NCBI GenBank assembly: GCA_023433945.1
Contig: JAEYTP010000088.1
Span: forward strand, 842 to 32,841
DNA: 32,000 nucleotides
DNA from: Bacillota bacterium
GTDB lineage: Bacteria > Bacillota > Clostridia > Acetivibrionales > DSM-1351
Reading direction: 5' to 3'
In this document: positions 16,696 to 26,483 of the stretch, one piece after another
Position numbering within the stretch: the stretch's first letter is position 1
Layout: the number at the start of each line of letters is the position of its first letter
Program-made: the position numbers and the translations under genes
Notes under the pieces: model-generated
The model's input: only the letters and a program-made list of their open reading frames with translations
Databases searched by the model: none
What the model was told of the DNA's origin: nothing

Positions 16696-18323
16696 ATGAG
16701 TGAGCTATTTATTTCTGTGCTAAATATGAGCCTGACAGCAAGTTATGTAATTTTATTTGTTATACTTTGTAGACTATTACTGAAAAGGTGTCCCAAAATC
16801 ATCTCTTATGTCTTATGGAGTGTTGTGGCATTTCGTCTGATAATTCCTTTTTCGTTTGAAAGCATGTACAGCCTTCTGCCTCAAAAAATAAATACTTCAC
16901 CAATATCACACGACATCATGTATCAACAAAGCCCGCAGTTTAATAGCGGGATAGGTATAGTTGATTCCATTATAAGTAATTCACTGCCTGCTCCATCTAT
17001 TGGGGATAGTGTAAACCCATTGCAGATTTATTTAGAAATAGGCGCCTTTATATGGATAATAGGTGCAGTAGTATTACTTATCTACAGCCTTGTTTCTATA
17101 ATAACGCTAAAAAAACAGCTAAAAAGTGCACAGCCGATAGAGAAAAATACATATGAGGCAAAAGATTTGAAAACACCCTTTGTTTTAGGAATAATAATAC
17201 CAAAGATATACTTGCCGACTGGACTTAGCACACAAGAAAAGAGCTATATTTTACTGCATGAACAGACCCATATCAATAGAAAGGATCACATAGTTAAGGT
17301 TTTTCTTTCTTAATATTGTGTATCCATTGGTTTAATCCTCTTGTATGGATTGCATTTATGTTAATGAGCATGGATATGGAGTTGTCCTGTGATGAAAGGG
17401 TAATAAAAGAAGCGGGTAATGATACAAAAAAGCCCTATGCCACTACATTATTATCACTTTCCAGTGGAAGACATATTTTAAACGGGAGCCCTCTTGCATT
17501 TGGGGAGGGAAGTATTAAAGGGAGAATCAAAAACATATTAGATTATAAGAGACCCAAGTTTTGGGTTGTTACAACTGTGATAATTGCAGTTATTGCTGTC
17601 TCTATTGGACTTGTAGCTAACCCCCGCAGCACTACACCTTCAATGCTATGGGCAAAGTCCTTGCAACTAAACGATGTTGAAAGTATAGAACTGATTGTAC
17701 AGCCTTCCGATGAACAGGAACAGTACAAAAAATTTGAAGCCGAAGAGATTACTGCAATTATCAAGCTAATCAATAGTAGCAACGGAACACTTGTTCAATA
17801 TCCAGAGAGCATTTCAGGGAGAACTCAGACTATATTTATTACTTTAAAAAATGGTGAAGTTCATCATTTTATAAATAGTGGCAACACCTATTTAATTATT
17901 GATGGTGATACTTATATGGCAAAGCGGGACTGGCTAAATAGTTGGAATTATGAAGGCAATAGTGATGTGCCAACTGACTTTTGGGAAAGAGCAGGCATTA
18001 AGGCTACATCCTACCAGCTTATTTGGTTAAAGAAAGGGGAAGTGCAGCGCACTATAGCTCCCCTCAACAAGGACGATAGTAAGCTTGCACAGGAAATTAT
18101 AATGAACTACATGATTAGGTCATCAGCATGGCCTGGGGTTGATATTAATTCCTTGGAGAATTGTTACCTCGTGAGAACAATCTATTCTGACGGTACTACA
18201 TCTGAAAATTACGCATACCTACATGAAGGTAAGACTGTAATGCAGCATGGAAAAGATGGGCATTATACTATCGTTGATACTGGTCTGTATGAAAGATTGG
18301 TACAATTGATTGATGTAAATTAA
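16696..18323 (+). pseudogene. blaR1: BlaR1/MecR1-like M56 sensor-metalloprotease, split by a 1-nt frameshift into ORFs 16693-17313 and 17316-18323
   Basis: HEQTH (HExxH) lies at the end of ORF1, and the family motif HWFNPLVW is at the start of ORF2 in the other frame. Adding one T to the T5 run at 17300-17304 gives a continuous KVFSFLILCIHWFNPLVW. Confidence 0.8.
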
Positions 18324-18395
18324 CTACTATAAGCAGCTTAAGCCTATTAATGGTTTTAATACCTAATAAAACTAAATTACTGTTTAACTGCTCAA

Positions 18396-18438
18396 AAGGC
18401 ACAATACACCAGTAGATAATTGGTGCAATGTGCCTTTT
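18396..18438 (+). terminator. Rho-independent terminator after blaR1
   Basis: aaggcaca..cacca-gtagataat-tggtg..tgtgcctt followed by tt(a)t. Confidence 0.6.
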
Positions 18439-18550
18439 ATAGATATGATTTATAGGTCTATTGTTCCAGCTTCTCAATATTTGTGTACAAATATATTATG
18501 ACATGCTGTTGACATATTTAACCCTGTATAATGGAGTTATACTATTAAGG

Positions 18551-18630
18551 ACAAGATTTATATACTAAACAAATGCTTATATGTTAAAACAAATGCTTAT
18601 ATACTAGAACAAATGTTTATGTATTAAAGC
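18551..18630. repeat. Tandem array, about 21-bp unit aaacaaatgcttatat, about 3.5 copies
   Basis: acaagatttatatact / aaacaaatgcttatatgtta / aaacaaatgcttatatactag / aacaaatgtttatgtattaaagc. It lies between a TGTATAAT extended -10 (18525-18532) and the radical SAM RBS. Confidence 0.65.
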
Positions 18631-18672
18631 AGTTACCCATATATACAGCTAAAAGCATTAGGAGGTAGAGCG

Positions 18673-19563
18673 ATGCATTTTACTCAGGCCAAGGGGATAT
18701 TATCATCAAGCAATGGAATGAATATGTACCGTGGTTGTACTCATGGTTGTATCTATTGTGACAGTAGAAGTAAATGCTATGCATTCACTCATGACTTCGA
18801 GGACATAGAAGTAAAACAAAATGCACCAGAGCTTTTAGAGAAAGCCCTTCGTTCAAAACGCAAGAAGTGTATGATTGGAACAGGTGCGATGTGTGATCCC
18901 TATATGCACTGTGAAGAAAGCGTAAGGCTGACAAGAAAGTGTCTGGGAATTATTGATGAATATAAATTTGGGCTCGCCATTCAAACAAAGTCAGACCTTA
19001 TATTGCGGGATTTAGACCTGCTGAAAAGTATCAATAAGAAGTCAAAGTGTGTAGTACAAATGACAATGACTACTTATGATGAAAGCTTGTGCAAAATAAT
19101 AGAGCCAAATGTATGCACAACCAAGAGAAGGTTTGAGGTGCTAGAGATATTAATGGACAATGATATCCCCACTGTTGTTTGGATATCTCCAATTTTGCCA
19201 TTTATTAATGATACAATAGATAACTTGGAGGGGATTTTAGGTTATTGCATTGCTGCAAAGGTTAAGGGGATTATCAACTTCGGATTTGGATTGACACTAA
19301 GGGAAGGGGATAGAGAATATTATTATATGAAATTAGATGAATACTTCCCTGGATTACGGTCTAAATATCACAAAAAATATGGGTATGCTTATGAGATAAA
19401 TAGTGATAATAACGCTAAACTACATCAACATCTGATTAGCACTTGTAAGAAGCATAATATTTTATGCGATCCGAATGAAGTTTTCTCATACCTTCATAAG
19501 TATCCTGATAATAATATTAATTACCAACTACCCCTGTTGGGCGAAAACAATGAATTCATATAA
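18673..19563 (+). CDS. Radical SAM protein, SplB/DNA-photolyase-like (COG1533-type)
   Basis: CTHGCIYCDS (CxxxCxxC) near the N-terminus, 296 aa, SD aggagg. Confidence 0.85.
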   Translation: MHFTQAKGILSSSNGMNMYRGCTHGCIYCDSRSKCYAFTHDFEDIEVKQNAPELLEKALRSKRKKCMIGTGAMCDPYMHCEESVRLTRKCLGIIDEYKFGLAIQTKSDLILRDLDLLKSINKKSKCVVQMTMTTYDESLCKIIEPNVCTTKRRFEVLEILMDNDIPTVVWISPILPFINDTIDNLEGILGYCIAAKVKGIINFGFGLTLREGDREYYYMKLDEYFPGLRSKYHKKYGYAYEINSDNNAKLHQHLISTCKKHNILCDPNEVFSYLHKYPDNNINYQLPLLGENNEFI

Positions 19564-19572
19564 AAAAATTAA

Positions 19573-19606
19573 GGGACTACTTTTTACAAGTAGCCCCCTT
19601 GTTTTT
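19573..19606. terminator. Bidirectional terminator between convergent genes
   Basis: gggactactt-tttac-aagtagcccc (one mismatch), flanked by aaaaaaa on the left and ttgttttt on the right. Confidence 0.75.
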
Positions 19607-19613
19607 CTTGGCA

Positions 19614-20378
19614 TTAAACACAGGTAAATGCTCCATCAACCACTATATCAGATCCCGTAGTAAAGCTCGCTGCGTCACTTGCAAGGTAAAGGACCGCTCC
19701 TTGAAGTTCCTCAGGAGTACCCATACGCTTAACTGGAGTGGACTGAACCCATGTAGGAATCCAATCTGTAGCCTTTAGTGTCATCTCGGTACCTATATAG
19801 CCAGGACTTATAGAGTTAACTCTCACATTATATTGTGCCCATTCTACGGCGAGTGATTTTGTTAGCATTATAACGCCAGCCTTAGATGCATTGTAGGCAC
19901 TCTGTGGCTGAGGTACATTAACAATATGACCTGACATTGATGCAGTATTTATAATGCAGCCTTTTTTGTTTTTAATCATTACACGCCCTACTGCCTGAGA
20001 GGTTAGAAATACTCCTGTCAAATTAACATCTATAACCTTCTTCCATTCTTCAAAAGACATTTCTTCAGCCTTAACATTTACACATATGCCTGCATTGTTA
20101 AAAGCGATATCTATTGTGCCAAATTCAGCTACTATAGTGTCAATCATTTTATTTACATCAACAGGATTTGTTACGTCAGCTTTTACGGCGAGGCTATTTA
20201 CTCCTAATAATTTAATCTCTCTTGAGGTTTTATCTGCCTCATGAATATCCATGTCAACTATTGCAACGTCAGCACCTGCTTGGGCTAATGCAATGGCAGC
20301 ACACTTGCCTATACCACGTGCTCCCCCCGTTACATATGCCTTTTTCCCCGTGAGATTAAATTGACTAATAATATCCAT
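19614..20378 (-). CDS. Short-chain dehydrogenase/reductase (classical SDR; sugar or polyol dehydrogenase-like)
   Basis: TGGARGIGK cofactor motif, NNAG, catalytic YNASK, 254 aa, SD aaggag. Confidence 0.9.
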   Translation of the reverse strand: MDIISQFNLTGKKAYVTGGARGIGKCAAIALAQAGADVAIVDMDIHEADKTSREIKLLGVNSLAVKADVTNPVDVNKMIDTIVAEFGTIDIAFNNAGICVNVKAEEMSFEEWKKVIDVNLTGVFLTSQAVGRVMIKNKKGCIINTASMSGHIVNVPQPQSAYNASKAGVIMLTKSLAVEWAQYNVRVNSISPGYIGTEMTLKATDWIPTWVQSTPVKRMGTPEELQGAVLYLASDAASFTTGSDIVVDGAFTCV

Positions 20379-20420
20379 AAAATCATCTCCTTATCAAATT
20401 AGATAGCAAAACACAGTTAG

Positions 20421-21299
20421 CTATGGTCTACGGCGGTCTAACATATATCTGGAGAAATTAAGTGCGGCTTTTGCATCCATGTCAAGCATTTCCTCATTTG
20501 CACCATTGCTAATATCTCTCCAAACCTTAATATTTGATCCAACTGTTCCGCCCATTTTGACAAAGGGTTCCATAACAATACTACCATTATAACATATATC
20601 TGATAGTGCTTCGCCAATCTCATTCCATGGAGTTCTTCCTCTGCCAGGTACTTTACGATTGCATTCTCCGGTATGTAAATGGCCAAGATATTGTCCAGCA
20701 GTTCTTATTGCTCCACCGATGCTATCTTCTTCAATATTCATATGAAAGGTGTCTAACATTACCTTTACATTACCATGACCAACTTCCTTTACAAAATCTA
20801 CACCTTCTTGGGCTGTATTGATTAAATAATTCTCAAATCTATTCAATACTTCAAGGCAGAAGTCAACGCCACAGGCCTCTGCTACCTTGGCAACCTCACG
20901 AACTCCTTGTACACTACGTTCCCAATCTCCCTTTTTGTCAATTGCTTTTGTATAATCAACAGGCCAATAGGAATATAAAGCCCCACCTATTAAGTGTACA
21001 TCTAACTTGTATAGACGTTTTAACAAATCTGTATAAAAGGCAATAGCATTTTTTCTAACAGCAGGATCAGACGAGGAAAGATTTTGGTCTGCCCTTGGGC
21101 CATGACCCACTGTAAGAGTTATCCCATTACTATTAGCACATGCTCTAAGCTCGCTAATCTGACTGTCACTGTAAAAAGGTATTGGTGAAGCAGCTATTTC
21201 AAGTATATCAAAGCCAAGTTTGGCAGCCTTCTCAATATAGTATTTGTAGTCTGCCTCCCATTCCTGCTCCCAATATGCGTAATAAATACCATATTTCAT
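20421..21299 (-). CDS. Ketose 3-epimerase (D-psicose/D-allulose 3-epimerase-like, xylose-isomerase-like TIM barrel)
   Basis: MKYGIYYAYWEQEWEADYKYYIEKAAKLGFDILEI. Metal and catalytic segments are CLEVLNRFEN, MLDTFHMNIEE, GHLHTGECNR and VMEPFV. From memory this is very close to the characterised Clostridium cellulolyticum DPEase; not verified. Confidence 0.85.
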   Translation of the reverse strand: MKYGIYYAYWEQEWEADYKYYIEKAAKLGFDILEIAASPIPFYSDSQISELRACANSNGITLTVGHGPRADQNLSSSDPAVRKNAIAFYTDLLKRLYKLDVHLIGGALYSYWPVDYTKAIDKKGDWERSVQGVREVAKVAEACGVDFCLEVLNRFENYLINTAQEGVDFVKEVGHGNVKVMLDTFHMNIEEDSIGGAIRTAGQYLGHLHTGECNRKVPGRGRTPWNEIGEALSDICYNGSIVMEPFVKMGGTVGSNIKVWRDISNGANEEMLDMDAKAALNFSRYMLDRRRP

Positions 21300-21321
21300 A
21301 TTAGCGTCCTCCTATAATGTT

Positions 21322-22698
21322 TTACTCAGCGGGTTCAAGTATTACATTAGCTTTTCTAAGAATACTACGAACCTCATTTACATCAACCATAGAAGGAGCA
21401 ATATTGTATTTCACTGCAAGTGCAGCCCCAACGCCAGCGGCTTCACCTATAGCCATGCAAGTTGGCATAACCCTTGCAGAGCTCATTACTACAGCATCCA
21501 AAGAAGCACACCTTCCGCTCAACATGAGGTTATCTATATCTACACTTACTGTACATCCATACGGAATACCATACGGTTTTATTCTTTTAACTATTGTACC
21601 TGCACCGTTGCCTTCGTGGATATCTATTATGTAGGATCCAAGTGCAACAGTATCTTCTGGAACTTCGCCCACCATTATTTGCGCCTCAGTCAACTCACAT
21701 AAACCTGCGAATCGGCGAGTTTCACGCACACCTAGGGAAGGATATATTTGAGTAATGTAGCAGTTCTCAAAACCTGGAACGTATTTTTTAAGAGTATCAA
21801 CTAACTTGGGTATCTGCAAGTGACCTTCAATCTCTGCGCGAGTCAAATCCAGAACATCACTACCATTAATACCAAGATGCCTTGTTGTATTTATATGTAC
21901 TTCCCCAGGTATTAAGCTTTTAATATATATAAGAGTATCTCTGTCAACAGGCAGCTCTCCTTTTTCCTTTAATTCGAGGAAAAGCTTACGCATGCCTACC
22001 ATAACGTGATGGTGTGGATTTGAACGGAGGAAATCCGCATTGTACTTTTCAAAGTCGCATTCTATGGTACTACATAAACGCATTTGTTCAGGATCACTTG
22101 CGATAAAATCTATTGTCTTGTCGGTATCTACGTTGCCTAAAGTAAACATAAGAGTTGGTGGCTGCAGTGCACCAGTATCTTTTTGGCCCATATTATAGGT
22201 AGCACCAGCTAAGTAAGCCATGTCACCGTCACCGCTTGCATCTATAAAGACTTTAGCATGAACCTCTATATAATAACCCTTACCAAAAAGTGTAACTGAC
22301 CTGATGCTACCATTATCTACATTTGTATTGATTACTTCGGTGTTCAAAAGTATATCAATACCTGCTGTAAGGCACATTTCAAATGCAACAACCTTAAAAA
22401 TTTCATGGTCGTAAAGTGTTACAGAGTTGTGCATGGGGCATGTATAATGATCGGTACAGGCATTGCGCTTTTTGAGTTCATCTACAAGTTCCTGAGCAAT
22501 ACCAGCGGTTACAGGCTTGCCATCTTTGTCGAGATATCCCAACAATGGTAAACCTATCGTTAAATTACCACCAAGATATCCGTTTTTTTCTACCATAAGC
22601 ACTTTTGCGCCATTTCTACTTGCTGCAATTGCTGCAGGAATTCCGCCTGGTCCACCGCCAATGACGACCACATCATAATTTTTTTGGAGGGTTTTCAT
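21322..22698 (-). CDS. FAD-dependent oxidoreductase (FAD_oxidored/PF12831-like), paralog B
   Basis: VVVIGGGPGGIPAAIAASRNGAKVLMVEKNGYLGGN dinucleotide fold, C-terminal RVMPTCMAIGEAAGVGAALA, 458 aa, SD aaggag. Confidence 0.85.
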   Translation of the reverse strand: MKTLQKNYDVVVIGGGPGGIPAAIAASRNGAKVLMVEKNGYLGGNLTIGLPLLGYLDKDGKPVTAGIAQELVDELKKRNACTDHYTCPMHNSVTLYDHEIFKVVAFEMCLTAGIDILLNTEVINTNVDNGSIRSVTLFGKGYYIEVHAKVFIDASGDGDMAYLAGATYNMGQKDTGALQPPTLMFTLGNVDTDKTIDFIASDPEQMRLCSTIECDFEKYNADFLRSNPHHHVMVGMRKLFLELKEKGELPVDRDTLIYIKSLIPGEVHINTTRHLGINGSDVLDLTRAEIEGHLQIPKLVDTLKKYVPGFENCYITQIYPSLGVRETRRFAGLCELTEAQIMVGEVPEDTVALGSYIIDIHEGNGAGTIVKRIKPYGIPYGCTVSVDIDNLMLSGRCASLDAVVMSSARVMPTCMAIGEAAGVGAALAVKYNIAPSMVDVNEVRSILRKANVILEPAE

Positions 22699-22746
22699 AG
22701 TTTTGTCTCCTTTGATAATATAATTTTTTTATTAATTAGTAGCTAA

Positions 22747-22900
22747 CTGCACCTCTACTAACATAGCTTTTTATAAACAAGCCTTTTATGGCTGCACCTT
22801 TACTAATACAGTTTTATAAACTAGTCTTTTATAGCTGCACCTTTACTAATATAGCTTTTTATAAAACTAGTCCTTGATGACTGCACCTTGATTGATAAGG
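22747..22900. repeat. Tandem array, 43-46-bp unit, 3 copies plus a partial copy inside the upstream CDS
   Basis: Units start with ctgcacc at 22747, 22792, 22835 and 22881. The third unit contains the real stop codon (22867-22869) of paralog A. Confidence 0.85.
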
Positions 22901-24240
22901 GTATTACGAAGATTAACAATATCTACATGCTCGGGGAGAACACCGCTTTTTTGCGCTATCGCAGCTGCAGTGCCAGCGGCCTGACCCATTGCAATGCATG
23001 CAGGCATAACACGATAGCTCGCTGCAGCCTCTGAGGAACCACATATGCTACGCCCTGCAACAAGCATATTATCGCAGTTCTCAGGAATCAGGCAACGATA
23101 TGGTATAGTGTAGTACTTGTCAACACAGGTAAATGTGACCCCACCACCTGTTGAGTTGTGAACATCAATGGCATATCCGAATGTACATATCGCATCATCA
23201 AAATGCTTACGAGATAGTATATCTTCCGCTGTAAGCTCATATTTGCCCACAATGTGTCTTGTTTCGCGAACACCAAGTGCAGTGGCTACTTGAATGAGTT
23301 GTATATTCTCGCAACCAGGGAGATATTTTTTCATGAAAGCAACAACTTCCTGTACTTGACGTCTACCTTCAATAAGAGCTTTGGTTATATCAGAAGTTTT
23401 TGTAGCATCAATATGTGCAATACGAGTGGTATTAATTTTCCACCGCCCAGAGACATTTTGTTCATAGTTTCCTAATTCATTGCGGTCAATTGTCCAGTCT
23501 CCGTTACGCTTTGCTTCGACTACATATTGAGCGAAACAATTAGCGGTGTGATTATCTAGGTTGGCTTTGTTGGCTTCTAACTCACCTAAGTATTTCTCGC
23601 GGTCGATATTTCCAACTTCGAAGAAAAGGGTAGTAGGTTGCATAACACCAGTATCCTTTTGACCAAGCCAGGTAGGTACACCCGCCAGATATGCAACATC
23701 AGCATCGCCAGTACAATCTATGTATACCCTTGCACGAATTGCTGCAATACCTTCTTTCATATGAACTATAACATGCTCTATCTTTCCATCATTAGTAATA
23801 CAATCGGTAACTTGAACGTTGTAAAGTATTTGTGCACCTGATTCTAGAACCATTTCTTCCATTACGACTGCAAGAACCTCCGATTGATATGGAGTAACAT
23901 GTCTATGGCTTGCCATATAATATGAGGAGTAAGAGGTCATGCCTTCAATCTTGGATGGATGAATAGCACCCCCTCGAGCTTCGGTCCGAATACATAACTC
24001 ATCAAATATACCCTTGACAAGCTGTTCCTGTGCATCGTTATCATAGCAGGTCATAAATGGTCCAACGAGACCTGTTGTAGCCATACCTCCTAACATGCTT
24101 AAACGCTCAATCAGTAATGTTTTTGCTCCGTTTCGAGCTGCTGCTACAGCTGCTCCGAAGCCAGCAGTACCTCCACCAATAACAAGGACTTCTGTTTCTA
24201 TTACATTTTTAATGATTTTTTTATATTGAATCTCGCTCAC
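22867..24240 (-). CDS. FAD-dependent oxidoreductase (FAD_oxidored/PF12831-like), paralog A
   Basis: VLVIGGGTAGFGAAVAAARNGAKTLLIERLSMLGGM, C-terminal RVMPACIAMGQAAGTAAAIA, 457 aa. GTG start with SD aggagg 6 nt upstream. Confidence 0.85.
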   Translation of the reverse strand: MSEIQYKKIIKNVIETEVLVIGGGTAGFGAAVAAARNGAKTLLIERLSMLGGMATTGLVGPFMTCYDNDAQEQLVKGIFDELCIRTEARGGAIHPSKIEGMTSYSSYYMASHRHVTPYQSEVLAVVMEEMVLESGAQILYNVQVTDCITNDGKIEHVIVHMKEGIAAIRARVYIDCTGDADVAYLAGVPTWLGQKDTGVMQPTTLFFEVGNIDREKYLGELEANKANLDNHTANCFAQYVVEAKRNGDWTIDRNELGNYEQNVSGRWKINTTRIAHIDATKTSDITKALIEGRRQVQEVVAFMKKYLPGCENIQLIQVATALGVRETRHIVGKYELTAEDILSRKHFDDAICTFGYAIDVHNSTGGGVTFTCVDKYYTIPYRCLIPENCDNMLVAGRSICGSSEAAASYRVMPACIAMGQAAGTAAAIAQKSGVLPEHVDIVNLRNTLINQGAVIKD

Positions 24241-24508
24241 GACTATCCTCCTAAAAATGAAACGGTTTATGTCACTAAATTAATCCAATTATAATTTAAT
24301 GCATTTTAAAATTACTGCTAAAATGGAGAATTAAATTTCAATTGATAAATATGATAAAAGAACTATATTTTCTTTTAATATAGCATGTAGCACATTGAAG
24401 TCAACAGAACAGAAAAATGAGTGAAGGATAGTGATAGTTTTTAAACAAATAGTACATAAAATTTAATCTCTATAAATAAGAAATTAGTAATATTGTTGAA
24501 AAATATAC

Positions 24509-24535
24509 TTGACAGATAAAATATTTTTGTATAAT
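24509..24535 (+). promoter_or_regulatory. Candidate sigma-A promoter for the response-regulator operon
   Basis: TTGACA (24509-24514), then an extended -10 TGTATAAT (24528-24535). The spacer is only 15 nt, so confidence is modest. It implies a leader of about 210 nt. Confidence 0.4.
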
Positions 24536-24749
24536 TTGTTAAGTGTTGCTAATCATATATTTACATAATGATACCATATTTTGTAAACTAAATAACCCTC
24601 AATGACTACATGTAATCCATAGCACTAGCTTAGCATGGTTTTATAGCTATCCCACTAATGGTATGGCATTTATAGAATAAGCAATTATCATAAACTTATA
24701 ACGCTATATATAGCTCAAATAGTAATACAACAAAAAGGAGGAATATTTT

Positions 24750-26369
24750 ATGTATAAGGCTATTATTGTTGATGATGAAGACCTAGTGCGTCAAGGACTT
24801 AAGAAACACTTTGATTGGAGTGCTTACAATATTCAAATAGTTGCCGATTTACCAGATGGAGAAAAGGCATTAAACTTTGTAAAGGAAAACCATATTGATT
24901 TAGTGCTTACCGATGTCCTTATGCCGTATATGGATGGAATAACATTAGCCAAAAATCTACGGGAGCTCTATCCAGATATAAAGATAATTTTCGTCAGTGG
25001 GCATGACGATATAGCATTTCTAAAGAATGCACTTAAGGTTGATGCTATAGATTATATCCTTAAATCAATAGACTTAGATGAGCTCAAAGAAACCGTCAGT
25101 CGAGTGGTCAACATTATGGATATGGAGAATAGAAGCAAAAAAAACCTTGCTGATATGGAAAACCTCCTAAATGAAAGCTTTCCTCTTTTGCAAGAACGTT
25201 TTTTTATAACAATGATTCGTGATGACGTAGAAAATCCAGAAATATTGAAGGAACGAATAGCTTTTTTGAATTTACCTCTGTATGACGAAATGCACTACTG
25301 CGTACTGGTTATTCAAGTACAAAGTATATACAGCACATTTTATACTCTATCAGAACGTGAACGACAACTTTTATCTTTGCAAATTCAAGACGAATGCAGG
25401 AATGTAGGTAAGCTTTATGGCGATACAATTTGTTTTGAAAATAAGCAGGGTGAATACATAATGATACTTTCCTTATTAGAGGATGAGTATGAAGATACTA
25501 TCCTTGAGGTCTCCGAGAAATTAAACAAACGACTTAATGTGAGTATGAATCTTAAAGTAGCGATTGGTATTAGTGAAAGATTTAAAGGACTTGAAAATAT
25601 AAAGATATCCTACGATAATGCTTCAAATGCTATAAGTAAACGCTACTTACTCGATAGCGAACTAGCTATCTCCATTGATAAATACGAAATGGACGAAAGC
25701 CTTAAAGAATTTAAGGAAAGAGCCGAAAAGAGTTTGCAGGAGTGCTTGAGCCATGGTAGTGCCGAGCAGGTTATAGAGGTACTTAATGAGCTTTTTAGTA
25801 TAATTAAGGAGAAGTTTCATAGTGATGAAGAGCAAAATTTGCTGATTTACTTACTACTCCTTCCAACACGTATAGTAACTGATGTAATGATAAACAAAAA
25901 AAGTGACTACTCCAATCAACGTATGATCTTAGAGAAGTTTTTATGCTGTTCGGATTATGAAGAACAGTGTCTTATGATTCAAAAGCTTTATACTGAGGTA
26001 GCTTCCCTCATGAGAAATATGAGTAAAACATATTCTCACACTATAATTAATCAAGTCCGTAAAACGATTGAGGAACATTTTAAGGAGCAGATATCTATAA
26101 CTACGTTAGCAAAAGATGTCTATTTAACACCGACATATTTATGCGTATTATTTAAACAAGTTACTGGTACTACTATAAATGATTACTTAACTAACACAAG
26201 GCTTGAAAAGGCAAAGAAGCTCTTATCAGACCCGTACATAAAATTATATGATGTATGTTATGAAGTGGGATACCTTTCTCCTAGCTATTTTTCACGCTTG
26301 TTTAAGAAATATACAGGACTCTCACCTAGTGAATATAGGAATATTGCAATTTCATCAGCAGAGAAATAG
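24750..26369 (+). CDS. Two-component response regulator with AraC-type HTH output (YesN-like)
   Basis: Receiver domain MYKAIIVDDE...LVLTDVLMPYMDG and C-terminal AraC HTH GYLSPSYFSRLFKKYTGLSPSEYR, 539 aa, SD aaggagg. Confidence 0.92.
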   Translation: MYKAIIVDDEDLVRQGLKKHFDWSAYNIQIVADLPDGEKALNFVKENHIDLVLTDVLMPYMDGITLAKNLRELYPDIKIIFVSGHDDIAFLKNALKVDAIDYILKSIDLDELKETVSRVVNIMDMENRSKKNLADMENLLNESFPLLQERFFITMIRDDVENPEILKERIAFLNLPLYDEMHYCVLVIQVQSIYSTFYTLSERERQLLSLQIQDECRNVGKLYGDTICFENKQGEYIMILSLLEDEYEDTILEVSEKLNKRLNVSMNLKVAIGISERFKGLENIKISYDNASNAISKRYLLDSELAISIDKYEMDESLKEFKERAEKSLQECLSHGSAEQVIEVLNELFSIIKEKFHSDEEQNLLIYLLLLPTRIVTDVMINKKSDYSNQRMILEKFLCCSDYEEQCLMIQKLYTEVASLMRNMSKTYSHTIINQVRKTIEEHFKEQISITTLAKDVYLTPTYLCVLFKQVTGTTINDYLTNTRLEKAKKLLSDPYIKLYDVCYEVGYLSPSYFSRLFKKYTGLSPSEYRNIAISSAEK

Positions 26370-26467
26370 TATTTTACTGAAAAATTTATTATACTGTTCA
26401 GAGAATTTATTATACTGTTAAGAAAAAGTTATTTACTGCTCAGATAGTTATATTTACAGAAACAGGT
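26369..26467. repeat. Tandem array, about 21-bp unit atttattatactgtt-like, about 5 degenerate copies
   Basis: atttattatactgttcagaga / atttattatactgttaagaaaa / agttatttactgctcagat / agttatatttacagaaacagg. It fills the spacer from the RR stop to the HK RBS. Confidence 0.6.
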
Positions 26468-26483
26468 GGGAAAGGAAATAGTT

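Noticed and set aside
21317-21634. 105-aa plus-strand ORF
   Set aside because: It is antisense to the conserved C-terminal region of FAD oxidoreductase B. The translation is Ala/Ile/Thr-rich, as expected from reading a GxGxxG/AAG-rich region backwards.
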